Notes under the pieces: generated by a model
Told to the model about the DNA's origin: nothing
The model's input: the letters and a program-made list of their open reading frames with translations, nothing else
The model's database searches: none
Position numbers and translations under genes: made by a program
DNA from: Chlamydiia bacterium
GTDB taxonomy: Bacteria > Chlamydiota > Chlamydiia > Chlamydiales > JAAKFR01
DNA length: 41,513 nt
Assembly: GCA_020440555.1 (NCBI GenBank)
Contig: JAGRNW010000002.1
Span: 1-41,513 of the forward strand
Reading direction: 5' to 3'
Part shown: piece by piece, positions 17,113 through 26,985 of the stretch
Position numbering within the stretch: position 1 is the stretch's first letter
How the letters are laid out: every line of letters begins with the position of its first letter

Positions 17113-20100
17113 TTAGTCGAATTTATCCAGATTTTCCTCTTCTTCATAAGGCAAAAAAGTGAGCAGTTCTAAAAGATCGTTACGCGAGAACGTTTTAATC
17201 GCATCTTGATCGTCAGTTGTAACAACATCTTCTAAAAGTTTTTTCTTTTTCATCACCATCCTATCGATTTTTTCTTCAATTGTTCCCTTAGAGATGAATT
17301 TAAAAACCTGTACTCCCCATTTTTGACCTATCCTGTGAACACGATCAATCGCCTGATTCTCCCGCGCAGCATTCCACCAACGATCGTAAAGAATCACTGT
17401 GCTTGCGGCTGTCAAGTCAATTCCTAAACCTGCCGCTTGTAAGGATCCAATAAAAACATGACAGTCCCTGTCTTCTTGAAATCTTTTGATCTGTTCCTTC
17501 CTATCTAAGGTATTTCCTCTAATTTCTGCAAAGTACCTCCTTTTTTCTCGAAGATGGCTTTTAATAATATCAAGCATCTTGAGATACTGTGAAAAAACCA
17601 CTACCTTTTGCCCACTTTCGAGCGCTTCATCAAGAATTTCCACAAAAAGCTCCCATTTTCCCGATCTGTAATTCCTATAATTTAATATATCATTCTTATA
17701 AAGAGCAGGATGATTACAGATCTGTTTGAGCTTGGATAAAATGGAAAAAATATGAATATAAGAGAACGCTCCTTTGTTCTCTTTTAATTCTTTGATAATG
17801 GGTCGACCTATTTCCGCAATCAAACTCGTGTAGAGCTCAGTTTGTTCCTTTGAAAGGAGGCACAGGAACTTTTCTTCGTATTTTTCTGGAAGCTCAGCAA
17901 GTACCTCTTTTTTCTTACGACGAAGGATAAATGGATGGATTAATTGGCGTAAAAGAGCAGTTTTTTCTCCATTGTGTTCTTTCTCAATGGGAATCACAAA
18001 AACTTTTCGATAGGTAGTGTCTCCCGGCATATATCCCGGAAGGACAATATCCAGCAAAGCTTTTAACTCTCTTAAGCTATTCTCAATAGGCGTTCCAGTA
18101 AGCCCAAGCCGCATCTTTGCTTCGATAGTTGATAAAGCCTGGTGCACACGACTATTGGGATTTTTTGCAATCTGTAGTTCATCGAAGACAGCTACATCAA
18201 ATTTAATTTTTGAAAGTTCCTTATTTTCTGTCCGACAAATGCCGTAAGATGTAAGAACCACGATTTCTTTAGGCAGGCGTTTCAAAGTCCTCTTCATTCC
18301 GTGAAAAAAGCGCACTTTCATCTTAGGAAGAAAGCGACTTAATTTGTCTTCCCAGTGGTAGATCACCGATGTAGGGCAAACAACAAGGACCCTTTTACTG
18401 CCCCTTGTTTTAAGATTGGAAACAGCTGCCAAAAGAGCCATTGTCTGATGAGTTTTACCCAGTCCCATCTCATCGCAGAGAATACCGGCAAGATCATTTT
18501 GGTAAAGAAACCAAAGCCAATTGAGTCCCGCCTGTTGATAGGGACGTAGATCGCTTTTAAGTCCTTTGAGGTTAGGAAAATAAGGAGTATAAAAATTTCT
18601 TAACTCATTTAGCAATCTTCTTGTTAATCCCCCTTCCGGGGCCGTTGTTTCAGGAGCTAAAAAACCAAAAGCCGCATCAAGGCGTAAAAACTCCATAGTG
18701 GAGAGATTGACGATCTCTGTTGTTAGATCAAATTCCGCTCGCGTACTTTTCAACCAAGAAAGTTCCTCATGATCAAGGTCGATAAGTCCAGCATCTGTGA
18801 AAAGAAATCGTTTTTTGTTGTTAACTGCGTTTTTTAAATTGGTGATACTAATAGTTCCATATTCAGTTCTAAGAAAAAGTTTTGCTCTTAATCCCCCTTC
18901 TGGATTTCGTGTTAAATGCATGATCTCAAGCTCAAAAACGTGCGGTCTTTTAAGGCGTGTATCACATGAAATGATATGAGGCTCAATCGTCTTCAATTCA
19001 AAGCGCAAAAAAAAACTTAATTGCTCACCTTTAAGCAAAAGAGGGTATTGGTATTTTTCAGGCAGCCTTTGAGATAGAGGGAGTTCGGCAAATCCCCCTC
19101 CATCGAGGTAAACAAAATCTTGAAAAAATTTCACGGAAAAGGAGAGGAGATGTGAATAAAGCTCGTGGTGAGGAGTGATCGAAATTTCATGTTCATTTAC
19201 AACGCTCAGAGCGAGCCCTCGTTTTTTCAAAGGATCGGAGGAAGAAAAAAAGTGAGAGATTGTTTCAAGTTCATCTCGGTGAGTTTTGATAAAATCAGAA
19301 ACCTCAGGCTGTCTGATTAAAAGTCCCGGACGGATGGTTAAGCCTAGCCGAGAATGATTCTTTGAAAAAAAACCCTCCCCCGTAGTATAGATCCATTCTC
19401 CAAAATCCCGACTATCAACGCTCCCCTCTCCCTCTGTGAGAGAGGTCTTAAACTCAAGAGTTCCATTCTCATCTACAGTGTAGCACATCTGAGTTTCAAG
19501 CCCTGCTAAATGGACTTTAAATCCCCTCTGATCTTCAAGCCACATTCGATATTCATCAATGAAAGCCGAAACATTGTAATTGTCAACGGTGGCAGTAGAA
19601 GACTCAAAAAGGGAGAATCCAATTTGATAAAATCCTTGATCTGGGAGGTAGGCCCATGCTCCAAAAAAAACGGCATCTTCTTTTGATAAATCCCCCCGTT
19701 CAAATAAATACCCCTCAAAGTGCCAGTTCCATTCCTTATCAAAATAAAGATAATACTGAAGATGATAGATGCCATCGTGAAGAGTTTCATCTTTCAAATA
19801 AGCATCAAAGTACTTTTTGTACTTACCCAGAGCATCTGCAATCTCTTCTTCTTTGATCGTCGATTGCGCCAAGATTCCCTTTCCCTCTTCTTGATAAAAC
19901 CCCTCTTGTTTGAGGTAGTACCACCCATCAAGTTTGACCCCCCTTCTCTTTTCCAAGGAGACTGCCTCTCCTTTTTCAATCACAAATTCTCTTTTTTTTC
20001 TGTCATAGAAAATTCCTTGCAATGCCTGATCACTCATGCTGAGAATTTTCAAAGGAGCGTCTATACTTGCGAGGGTGGGGATCAATACAGGCAGATCTTC

Positions 20101-20823
20101 TTTTTCGACCATTGCCGTCATCTGAAATGCTTCCCATTTGATGGTGATTTCACATGGAAAATGATTCACTTCACCAAACGAGAGAGTATAAGGAAATCCC
20201 TCATCCTGCATAGCCATCTGCCAGGTGGCCAGATCGAACCAACAGGAAAGGAGGTAACGCAAATGGGAGGAAGGACGCCCTTCCTTCCACCGCTTGATTT
20301 CTCTTAAAGAAAGATCGGAGAATTTAAGAGAGTTTTCTTCAGTCTCTTTCCTTCTTTCAAAAAAAATCTGACGAAGTCTTTCGGTAATTTTTTTTTGTAA
20401 TGTAACGATTTTAAAAAAACGCGCACTTTCTATATCGTGAACATAAAACTCTCCTTCCTTCCTCTCTTTGAGTTCAACTGAACCCAGATGATCAGAGAAG
20501 AGGCGACACAAACCATTCCAAAAGGATGACTCAAATCTAAGATGTAGGGGAAGAGCATGTCCCATAAAAATACGGAGCAAGGAAGCTGCAAGATGCTCAC
20601 ATCTTCCTTGTTGATCCCCTTTTTCACACGAGCAAAAAGCATCTTGTAAAGAACCGTCACCTGCAAACTTAAGAAAAGGCCAGACCGTTTCACGAGAATC
20701 TCGATCAAAGACCTCTATCTGATAAGTCGAGCCCACAAAATTGATCTGCCCGATTAAGTGAGAGACGATATACTCTTGGGCAATCTCCTTGAAAGGCTCA
20801 ACAAAACTAGACCTCTTGTCCAT
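17113..20823 (-). CDS. SWIM zinc-finger / SNF2-family helicase (Swi2/Snf2 ATPase)
   Basis: 1236 aa. The N-terminal SWIM-like motif is CSCEKGDQQGRCEH. Helicase motifs are LCDEMGLGKTHQ (I), FDELQIAKN (II), LTGTPIEN (III) and GLGIDLTAASTVILYDRWWNAARENQAIDRVHRIGQ (V/VI). Confidence 0.9.
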   Translation of the reverse strand: MDKRSSFVEPFKEIAQEYIVSHLIGQINFVGSTYQIEVFDRDSRETVWPFLKFAGDGSLQDAFCSCEKGDQQGRCEHLAASLLRIFMGHALPLHLRFESSFWNGLCRLFSDHLGSVELKERKEGEFYVHDIESARFFKIVTLQKKITERLRQIFFERRKETEENSLKFSDLSLREIKRWKEGRPSSHLRYLLSCWFDLATWQMAMQDEGFPYTLSFGEVNHFPCEITIKWEAFQMTAMVEKEDLPVLIPTLASIDAPLKILSMSDQALQGIFYDRKKREFVIEKGEAVSLEKRRGVKLDGWYYLKQEGFYQEEGKGILAQSTIKEEEIADALGKYKKYFDAYLKDETLHDGIYHLQYYLYFDKEWNWHFEGYLFERGDLSKEDAVFFGAWAYLPDQGFYQIGFSLFESSTATVDNYNVSAFIDEYRMWLEDQRGFKVHLAGLETQMCYTVDENGTLEFKTSLTEGEGSVDSRDFGEWIYTTGEGFFSKNHSRLGLTIRPGLLIRQPEVSDFIKTHRDELETISHFFSSSDPLKKRGLALSVVNEHEISITPHHELYSHLLSFSVKFFQDFVYLDGGGFAELPLSQRLPEKYQYPLLLKGEQLSFFLRFELKTIEPHIISCDTRLKRPHVFELEIMHLTRNPEGGLRAKLFLRTEYGTISITNLKNAVNNKKRFLFTDAGLIDLDHEELSWLKSTRAEFDLTTEIVNLSTMEFLRLDAAFGFLAPETTAPEGGLTRRLLNELRNFYTPYFPNLKGLKSDLRPYQQAGLNWLWFLYQNDLAGILCDEMGLGKTHQTMALLAAVSNLKTRGSKRVLVVCPTSVIYHWEDKLSRFLPKMKVRFFHGMKRTLKRLPKEIVVLTSYGICRTENKELSKIKFDVAVFDELQIAKNPNSRVHQALSTIEAKMRLGLTGTPIENSLRELKALLDIVLPGYMPGDTTYRKVFVIPIEKEHNGEKTALLRQLIHPFILRRKKKEVLAELPEKYEEKFLCLLSKEQTELYTSLIAEIGRPIIKELKENKGAFSYIHIFSILSKLKQICNHPALYKNDILNYRNYRSGKWELFVEILDEALESGQKVVVFSQYLKMLDIIKSHLREKRRYFAEIRGNTLDRKEQIKRFQEDRDCHVFIGSLQAAGLGIDLTAASTVILYDRWWNAARENQAIDRVHRIGQKWGVQVFKFISKGTIEEKIDRMVMKKKKLLEDVVTTDDQDAIKTFSRNDLLELLTFLPYEEEENLDKFD

Positions 20824-20857
20824 ATTCCCCTCACTATACTCGCCACGAGATATCTAG

Positions 20858-22039
20858 CTAGAGGAGAAAATAGCACGCAACTGTGACCCCAAACGTGAGA
20901 TACACAGGAAACTTTACAGGTTTAAAATCATAGAGCTTATGTATCAGATTTAATAAGGCAAGAACGATCAAAGCGGGATAGCAGATTTGCAAAAGAGGGA
21001 CTAAAAAGCTTGAAATTCCTTCAAAATGGAGAGTAGAGATTCCAAAAGCAATTGCAACTGTTAGCAAGAGAGCTGCTCTATAAGAAATTTTTCCGTGTAA
21101 AACACTCTTTCTTAAAAACTCTGCAAATACGGTGGTCAGGGCAATTTCTGTTGTTAAACAAGCAAAAGAGACCGCAACTCCAGAAACTAATCCAGCATAG
21201 GGGCCAAGGAGTTGAAGCGAGAGAGTGCCGAGCATTTCGTGACCAGGCGTACCATTTAAATTAGGACTAAATCCAGCTGCAAGATAAGAAAAACAAATAT
21301 AAACTAGTGCCAACATGGCTCCTGCAATCAAGCTTCCTAGAGTTGCTGCGAAAAGAAGTTGATGGTTTTCTTTGCACTTGTCGTGTTCCCCACTACTCTT
21401 CAGAGAAACTAAAATAACCGATGAAAAGAAAAATCCTGCTAAAAGATCCATCGTGTTATAGCCGCCTAGCAAACCAACCGAGAAAGGGAGCCATTTTCCT
21501 TCCATTCCGCTCGAGGGTTTTGGCATCAAAAAGGCCCCCTTAACAACAATGAGTAAAAGAGAAAGAAGCAAGATGGGAGTTAAAATATAGCCAATTAAAG
21601 AAACAATTTTATTTCTCTTGATTGCAAAAAAATAGATTAAGATGACAGATCCGAGGCTAAAAAGAAAAAGGTTCATTCCTGGAAGCTGATCAAAACCAAA
21701 AGCCGAAAGCGTAGAATAGGAAATGGTGATACAGCGAGGAATTCCTCCAAACGGACCGATCAAGGCTAGTATAAGAACCATCACACAATAACCGGGGATT
21801 CGACCGATACGTGCAAAGAAATTTTGATAATTTCCATCATAGAGCATCATCGCAATCAATCCTGTCAAAGGGATAAACACAGCTGTGATCATCAATCCTA
21901 GAATTGCATAAAAATTTTTATCTTGAGTCATCTGCCCTAAAGCAAGTGGAAAAACGATATTTCCCGCACCGAAAAACATGGCGAACATTGCAAGACCGAT
22001 TCCCCAAATGCTCGTATTTCTTTTTTTTGTTGTTGACAT
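20858..22039 (-). CDS. brnQ: Branched-chain amino acid transporter, LIVCS family (BrnQ)
   Basis: 393 aa, polytopic. N-terminal FGAGNIVFPLALG is the characteristic BrnQ motif. Confidence 0.85.
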   Translation of the reverse strand: MSTTKKRNTSIWGIGLAMFAMFFGAGNIVFPLALGQMTQDKNFYAILGLMITAVFIPLTGLIAMMLYDGNYQNFFARIGRIPGYCVMVLILALIGPFGGIPRCITISYSTLSAFGFDQLPGMNLFLFSLGSVILIYFFAIKRNKIVSLIGYILTPILLLSLLLIVVKGAFLMPKPSSGMEGKWLPFSVGLLGGYNTMDLLAGFFFSSVILVSLKSSGEHDKCKENHQLLFAATLGSLIAGAMLALVYICFSYLAAGFSPNLNGTPGHEMLGTLSLQLLGPYAGLVSGVAVSFACLTTEIALTTVFAEFLRKSVLHGKISYRAALLLTVAIAFGISTLHFEGISSFLVPLLQICYPALIVLALLNLIHKLYDFKPVKFPVYLTFGVTVACYFLL

Positions 22040-22095
22040 AGTATAACCTTTATTCCTTCGTTTTAGTGAGTCTGGTTTTGAAAAAATGACGATAT

Positions 22096-22134
22096 AAAAA
22101 ATTAGATATTATGCCCTCCAAGCGGGCACAATAT
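22096..22134 (-). terminator. Rho-independent-type terminator hairpin for minus-strand transcripts (downstream of nth, upstream of brnQ)
   Basis: Minus-strand reading is ATATTGTGCCC-gcttgga-GGGCATAATAT, an 11-bp stem including one G-U with a 7-nt loop. It is followed by CTAATTTTTTAT (T6). Confidence 0.5.
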
Positions 22135-22215
22135 AAGAAGGAATAGTCACGAAAGCCACAAGAGCAATGAATAAATCGCTATTTGCCATGGAAAGAGTGT
22201 AACTCATTGAGTCGA

Positions 22216-22830
22216 TTATAGCAAGGAGCAAATGGGACATTCGTCTTTTCTATGTCCCAGAGCAGGGCAAAATTTCCTGGCAAAATAGATCATTTGCAGA
22301 TGAAGGGAAATCCATTTTTCTTTTGGAAAGATTTTTTTCAAATCTTTCTCAATCTCAGCTACGTTTTTGCCTGAAGACAGTTTCCATCTTTTAGCACATC
22401 GGTAAATATGGGTATCAACGGGAAAAGCAGGAAGAGAAAAGGCCTGCGCCATCACAACGGAGGCCGTTTTGTGCCCCACTCCAGGAAGAGATTCTAAAGC
22501 CGAAAAAGTTTGAGGAACTTCTCCCTCAAAATCTTTCAGTAATCTCTTAGAGAGGGCCACGATTTGTTTGGCCTTTTGGGGAGCAAGTCCACAGGTTTTA
22601 ATGACTTTTTGAATTGCAGCGGGTGATTGTCTGGCCATTTTGGAAGGGGTATCAGCGATCTGAAACAGAATAGGCGTCACTTTGTTGACTTGCTTATCAG
22701 TGGTTCTAGCAGAGAGAAGAACGGCGATAAGGAGAGTATAAGAATCTTTGTGATAGAGAGGAATAGAAGGGTTAGGAAATAGTGTTTCGAGAATATTGAT
22801 GATCAAATCGACTTTATCTCGTTTTTTCAT
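22216..22830 (-). CDS. nth: Endonuclease III (Nth) DNA glycosylase/AP lyase
   Basis: HhH-GPD motifs are present (LLIAVLLSARTTDKQVN, LPGVGHKTASVVM, VDTHIYR). ATG 22830 lies 4 nt after the mnmE stop and gives MKKRDKVDLI, like E. coli MNKAKRLEIL. The track ORF uses TTG 22845. Confidence 0.9.
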   Translation of the reverse strand: MKKRDKVDLIINILETLFPNPSIPLYHKDSYTLLIAVLLSARTTDKQVNKVTPILFQIADTPSKMARQSPAAIQKVIKTCGLAPQKAKQIVALSKRLLKDFEGEVPQTFSALESLPGVGHKTASVVMAQAFSLPAFPVDTHIYRCAKRWKLSSGKNVAEIEKDLKKIFPKEKWISLHLQMIYFARKFCPALGHRKDECPICSLL

Positions 22831-22834
22831 GACT

Positions 22835-24205
22835 TTATTTTCCAATACAGAATTGAGAAAAAATAGAATTTAACAGACCTTCCGTTACATCTGTGCCCAT
22901 TATTTTACCCAAACTCTTTAAACATGTTCTCATCTCTAAAGCCACAAGCTCGGGCGAAATTTTCTCTTCTAAACCTCTAATGACTTCTGATAAAGCTGTT
23001 TGGACCTCCACAAGAGCCTCTTTATGACGCAATTGTGTGATGACCACCTCTTCTTTAGTCGGAAGGCTTCCCTTCCATACAAAATCATAAATTGCATTTT
23101 CTAGTGTTTTAATCCCCCATCCTTCTTTGGCAGAGATCTCAACAACTTTAGCAAAAGAAGATGAGAGCATCGGAGGTTTGGCAAGATCAATTTTATTCCA
23201 TATGAGGAGGGTTCTCTCGCAAGGAAGATTTTCTATAAACTCTTTTTCAGGTGGATCTGACGCATCCAGCACAAGAAGAACAAGATCAGCCTCTTTTAAG
23301 GCTTGTTTGGCTCGAAAAATTCCCTCTCTCTCCACCTCATCACTCCCAGAACGAATGCCGGCTGTATCAATGAGACGGAAGTTTACCCCCCCCAACATGA
23401 GATCTTCCTCAAGAAAATCGCGAGTCGTACCGGGTATGGAAGCGACAATAGCCCGCTCTTTGCCCAAAAGACGGTTCATTAAAGAAGATTTGCCTACATT
23501 TGGGGGACCAATAAGAGCACATGAAATTCCGCAAGAGATTTTTCTCCCATTTTCAAACGTGGCAATAAGCTCCTTTACCGCACCACAGATTGGATAGATT
23601 TCCTCTAATAATGTCTCAAGAGTAGCAAATTCCAACCCCTCTTCAGGAAAATCGACCCACGCTTCTAAAATTGCCCCTATTTTAGTCAGATTTTGCTGAA
23701 AACTTGTGATTTTTATTGATAAATTGCCAGCGAGTTGTGAGGACGCTGCAGAAAAAGCATGTTCATTTTTAGCGCCTATGAGCTGCCCAATTGCCTCAGC
23801 CTGAGAAAGGTCAATTTTCCCTGCAAGAAAAGCCCTCAGCGCGAATTCTCCCGGTTTAGCTAACCTAGCCCCTGCTTCTATCAAAGCTTCCAAGATTTTT
23901 TTTGAAGCATAAAATCCACCATGACATTGAAACTCAATCGTGTCTTCTCCTGTAAAGGACTTTTTTCCCAGCATGACGAGAAGGAGGGCTTCGTCAATTC
24001 GATGACCTTGAACATCAAGAACCCAACCCAAATGGACCGTATGAGTAGAATAATTCAAAACATTTCCAGAAAATAGAGTGTTGGCGATCTCCCTTGCCCT
24101 TTTCCCAGAAAGACGCACAATCGCCACCCCCCCCTCGCCAGGCGGGGTAGCAATGGCTGCAATGGTGTCCTCTAAATCGAAAGGGGTATAAACAAAGTGG
24201 CTCAT
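22835..24205 (-). CDS. mnmE: tRNA modification GTPase MnmE (TrmE/ThdF)
   Basis: 456 aa with G domain GPPNVGKSSLMN, DTAGIR and NKIDL, and the family-typical C-terminal FCIGK. Confidence 0.95.
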   Translation of the reverse strand: MSHFVYTPFDLEDTIAAIATPPGEGGVAIVRLSGKRAREIANTLFSGNVLNYSTHTVHLGWVLDVQGHRIDEALLLVMLGKKSFTGEDTIEFQCHGGFYASKKILEALIEAGARLAKPGEFALRAFLAGKIDLSQAEAIGQLIGAKNEHAFSAASSQLAGNLSIKITSFQQNLTKIGAILEAWVDFPEEGLEFATLETLLEEIYPICGAVKELIATFENGRKISCGISCALIGPPNVGKSSLMNRLLGKERAIVASIPGTTRDFLEEDLMLGGVNFRLIDTAGIRSGSDEVEREGIFRAKQALKEADLVLLVLDASDPPEKEFIENLPCERTLLIWNKIDLAKPPMLSSSFAKVVEISAKEGWGIKTLENAIYDFVWKGSLPTKEEVVITQLRHKEALVEVQTALSEVIRGLEEKISPELVALEMRTCLKSLGKIMGTDVTEGLLNSIFSQFCIGK

Positions 24206-24310
24206 TTTGACAGAAATAATTTTTGCAACTATTCTCTAAGAGTTGTTGAGAATCTTGACACACGTGACTTTAAACAAGTTCTTAGAAACTAAAGAAGTAT
24301 AAATGTTTAA

Positions 24311-24673
24311 ATGAAAAAATGCATCTTTATTTTAGCTTTAATTGCACTCTTCCCTCTATTCGGGAATGAACCTTCTCTTACCATCCACGATCAGGACGAG
24401 ATTGTCGTTTTGAAACAGCTCATTGAGGCGACCCAAAAAAGTTTAAATGAGCAACATACGCTTCTACAATCCATCCTAAGATATCGAGCCGTCCGTGAAC
24501 TTTTTTTTGATGATACCACTAATAGCCGAAAAGCCACAAATCTTGTCAAAATGGCTCTTCAAATCTCCAATCAACTAGAAGAATCTAAAATGACGCATCT
24601 TTTTTCCAAAGAGTTTTTGGAAGAACTTTCTTTTTATTCTTCCGTGGGGCGTAAAAATGGATTAGGCAAATGA
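24311..24673 (+). CDS. Small secreted/periplasmic helical protein, unknown function
   Basis: 120 aa with signal peptide MKKCIFILALIALFPLFG. Its stop overlaps the psd ATG (ATGA at 24670-24673). Confidence 0.5.
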   Translation: MKKCIFILALIALFPLFGNEPSLTIHDQDEIVVLKQLIEATQKSLNEQHTLLQSILRYRAVRELFFDDTTNSRKATNLVKMALQISNQLEESKMTHLFSKEFLEELSFYSSVGRKNGLGK

Positions 24674-25587
24674 CCGTTAAATATATCGACAGAAAAAGTG
24701 GCCAAGAAAAAATCGAGCAAATCTACGGAGAAGCTCCCTTAAAATTTTTGTATGGAAATGGTTTGTTCAATCGAGTGTGTCTTTTTTTGACAACTAGAAT
24801 GAGTTGGTGCTCTAAATTTTACGGTTGGTGGCAAAAACGAGGGTGGACTCGCCAAAAAATCCTTCCCTTTATCGAAAAATATGAGATTAATACAATTGAA
24901 TTTTTACATTCTCCCTCCTCTTTTACTTCATTTAACGATTTTTTTTGTCGAAAGCTCAAATCTGATGCTCGGCCCATTATTGCTGGAGATGAAACTGCTA
25001 TCATTCCTGCTGATGGACGGTATCTGGTTTATTCGAATTTGGAACAGTGTGATGGCATTTGCGTTAAGGGCAAGCGTTTTTCCCTTGTGAAACTCCTTGG
25101 ATCAGAAACATTAGCAAGAGAATATGCTCAGGGGGGACTTGTGATTGCAAGACTTTGCCCGACCGACTACCACCGTTTTTTCTTTCCAGTTTCTTGTTTG
25201 CCAGGACGACCAAAATCGATTCGTGGCGTTCTTTTTTCTGTCAATCCCATAGCGCTTTTAAAAAACATCCATATTTTTACAGAAAATAAAAGGCAAATCA
25301 CTGAACTCGATCAAACGCCCTTTGGAAAAGTTCTTTTCATAGAAGTAGGCGCCACTAATGTAGGAACCATTCATCAAACCTATACACCCTCTAAACGAAC
25401 ATTAAAAGGAGAGGAGAAAGGATATTTCTCATTTGGTGGATCCTCCATTTTAATTCTTTTTCCAAAAGGTTCTATTGAATTTTCTGACGATTTATTGAAG
25501 AATTCCCATCAACATCTTGAAACCTACTGTAAATTAGGCGAGCCACTTGGAAGGGTGTCCATCGGCAATTCTCTGCAGAATAATTAG
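24670..25587 (+). CDS. psd: Phosphatidylserine decarboxylase proenzyme
   Basis: 305 aa with PSD motifs (RLCPTDYHRFFFP, FIEVGATNVGTI) and a self-cleavage-type site FSFGGSS. Confidence 0.88.
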   Translation: MTVKYIDRKSGQEKIEQIYGEAPLKFLYGNGLFNRVCLFLTTRMSWCSKFYGWWQKRGWTRQKILPFIEKYEINTIEFLHSPSSFTSFNDFFCRKLKSDARPIIAGDETAIIPADGRYLVYSNLEQCDGICVKGKRFSLVKLLGSETLAREYAQGGLVIARLCPTDYHRFFFPVSCLPGRPKSIRGVLFSVNPIALLKNIHIFTENKRQITELDQTPFGKVLFIEVGATNVGTIHQTYTPSKRTLKGEEKGYFSFGGSSILILFPKGSIEFSDDLLKNSHQHLETYCKLGEPLGRVSIGNSLQNN

Positions 25588-25616
25588 TGTTTTTTTAATA
25601 CTAGTTTGGTATTGCC

Positions 25617-26933
25617 TTGAGTGTGCTTGTATCCATTGTACTTATCTTCCTACTGCTAGTCGCTTTTTTGAGACTCCGCGACTGGGCCAAATACGGTCAA
25701 ATGCATAAAAAATCTCGTTTCCGTCTTCTAAGTAAAGCAAAAAAACTGCTCAACAAGGAAGCTTGGGAAGAAGCCGAAAAAATTCTTCTTCTTCTTTACG
25801 AAAACGGAGAAAGAAGCCCTGATCTTTGGCTTCTTTATTCACAAGTTCTCCGAGGAACAAATCGTGTTGAAGAGGCACTACGCTGGATTGCCTTTGGAGC
25901 AAGAAAGTATCCGAACGATCTATCATTTCTACTGGAAGAAGGACAAATTCTCCTCCGTTTAAAAAAGTGGGAAGAATCTCTACAAAAAATTGTAAGAGCA
26001 ACTCCCCTCATCCGTTCAGAAGAAGACCATCTTGCTTTGGCAACAGCTCTTTATTATACTGATCATTTTGAGGATGCCTGGATGATTCTTTCCCCCTTTC
26101 TTGAACGTACAAGAAATGGATTTGTGTTAACGCTGGCTGCAGATACTCTTGTTGCAATGGGAGCAAATCAAGAAGCAATCCCTCTTTATGTGCATGCGCT
26201 TGGACGGGGAGGTAAAAGACATCATATTCTCTTAGCGCTTGGAAATGCTTATCATCAAACGGGGCAATTAAAAGAAGCTGAAGCAGTTTTTCAAAAGATT
26301 TTAATGCGAGATAGAAGTGATATTGCGGCAACGCTTGGATTAGGAGCGTGTATGGAAGAAAAAAATTTCTACAATAAAGCTCTCGCTCTCTATCAATCAA
26401 CGCCCGTTTGGACGAGCGGTGACCTTTCGATATTAAAACAAGCTGGTATTTCCGCCCTCCATCTTCAAAAATTTGAATTAGCGCGGGATTGTTTTTCACA
26501 AATTCTAGAGAAACACCCGCCTACCCCCCTCTATCTTTCTTACTTTGGATATAGTCTCGAATGTTTGCAAAGATGGGAGGAAGCTGAGGAGGTCTATCTT
26601 CAAATGATTCGACTCTTTCCTCATCACCCCCACGGATACAGAACTTTAGCCTGGATATTTGGTAGTGGACATAGTCATCAACTCACACCCGATGAGGGAA
26701 TTGCCTTCGCGCATAAAGGACTAAAACTCCTCCCCGATCCCATCTCGTGGGAAATCTTAAGTGCTTGCATTGCGCGAATGGGAAACTATGAAAAGGCCTA
26801 TGAAATTCAACATTATTTATTTACATCAATTGATGATCAGCAAGAGCGGGCCCGTCGACAAATTGCCATGCGGGTCTTGAGAGGAAAAAATCCGCTCTCC
26901 GACACCCAGATTAAACGTGGGCTGGTTGCCTAA
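25617..26933 (+). CDS. Membrane-anchored TPR repeat protein (CT700 position)
   Basis: 438 aa with an N-terminal TM helix (VLVSIVLIFLLLVAFL) and then multiple TPR-like repeats (LALGNAYHQTGQLKEAEAVFQKIL, LGLGACMEEKNFYNKALALY). The TTG start is uncertain. Confidence 0.65.
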   Translation: MSVLVSIVLIFLLLVAFLRLRDWAKYGQMHKKSRFRLLSKAKKLLNKEAWEEAEKILLLLYENGERSPDLWLLYSQVLRGTNRVEEALRWIAFGARKYPNDLSFLLEEGQILLRLKKWEESLQKIVRATPLIRSEEDHLALATALYYTDHFEDAWMILSPFLERTRNGFVLTLAADTLVAMGANQEAIPLYVHALGRGGKRHHILLALGNAYHQTGQLKEAEAVFQKILMRDRSDIAATLGLGACMEEKNFYNKALALYQSTPVWTSGDLSILKQAGISALHLQKFELARDCFSQILEKHPPTPLYLSYFGYSLECLQRWEEAEEVYLQMIRLFPHHPHGYRTLAWIFGSGHSHQLTPDEGIAFAHKGLKLLPDPISWEILSACIARMGNYEKAYEIQHYLFTSIDDQQERARRQIAMRVLRGKNPLSDTQIKRGLVA

Positions 26934-26985
26934 AAGCAAAAAAGTGTGTATAATTCTTGGGTTAATATAAAAGGAATCTACCTTC

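Noticed and set aside
17113-20823. The SNF2 helicase considered as part of a DISARM, Zorya or BREX-like defence system.
   Set aside because: No partner genes (methyltransferase, DUF1998, PLD nuclease, MotAB-like) are adjacent. The neighbours are der and brnQ, and Swi2/Snf2 proteins are conserved core genes in Chlamydiae as I recall.
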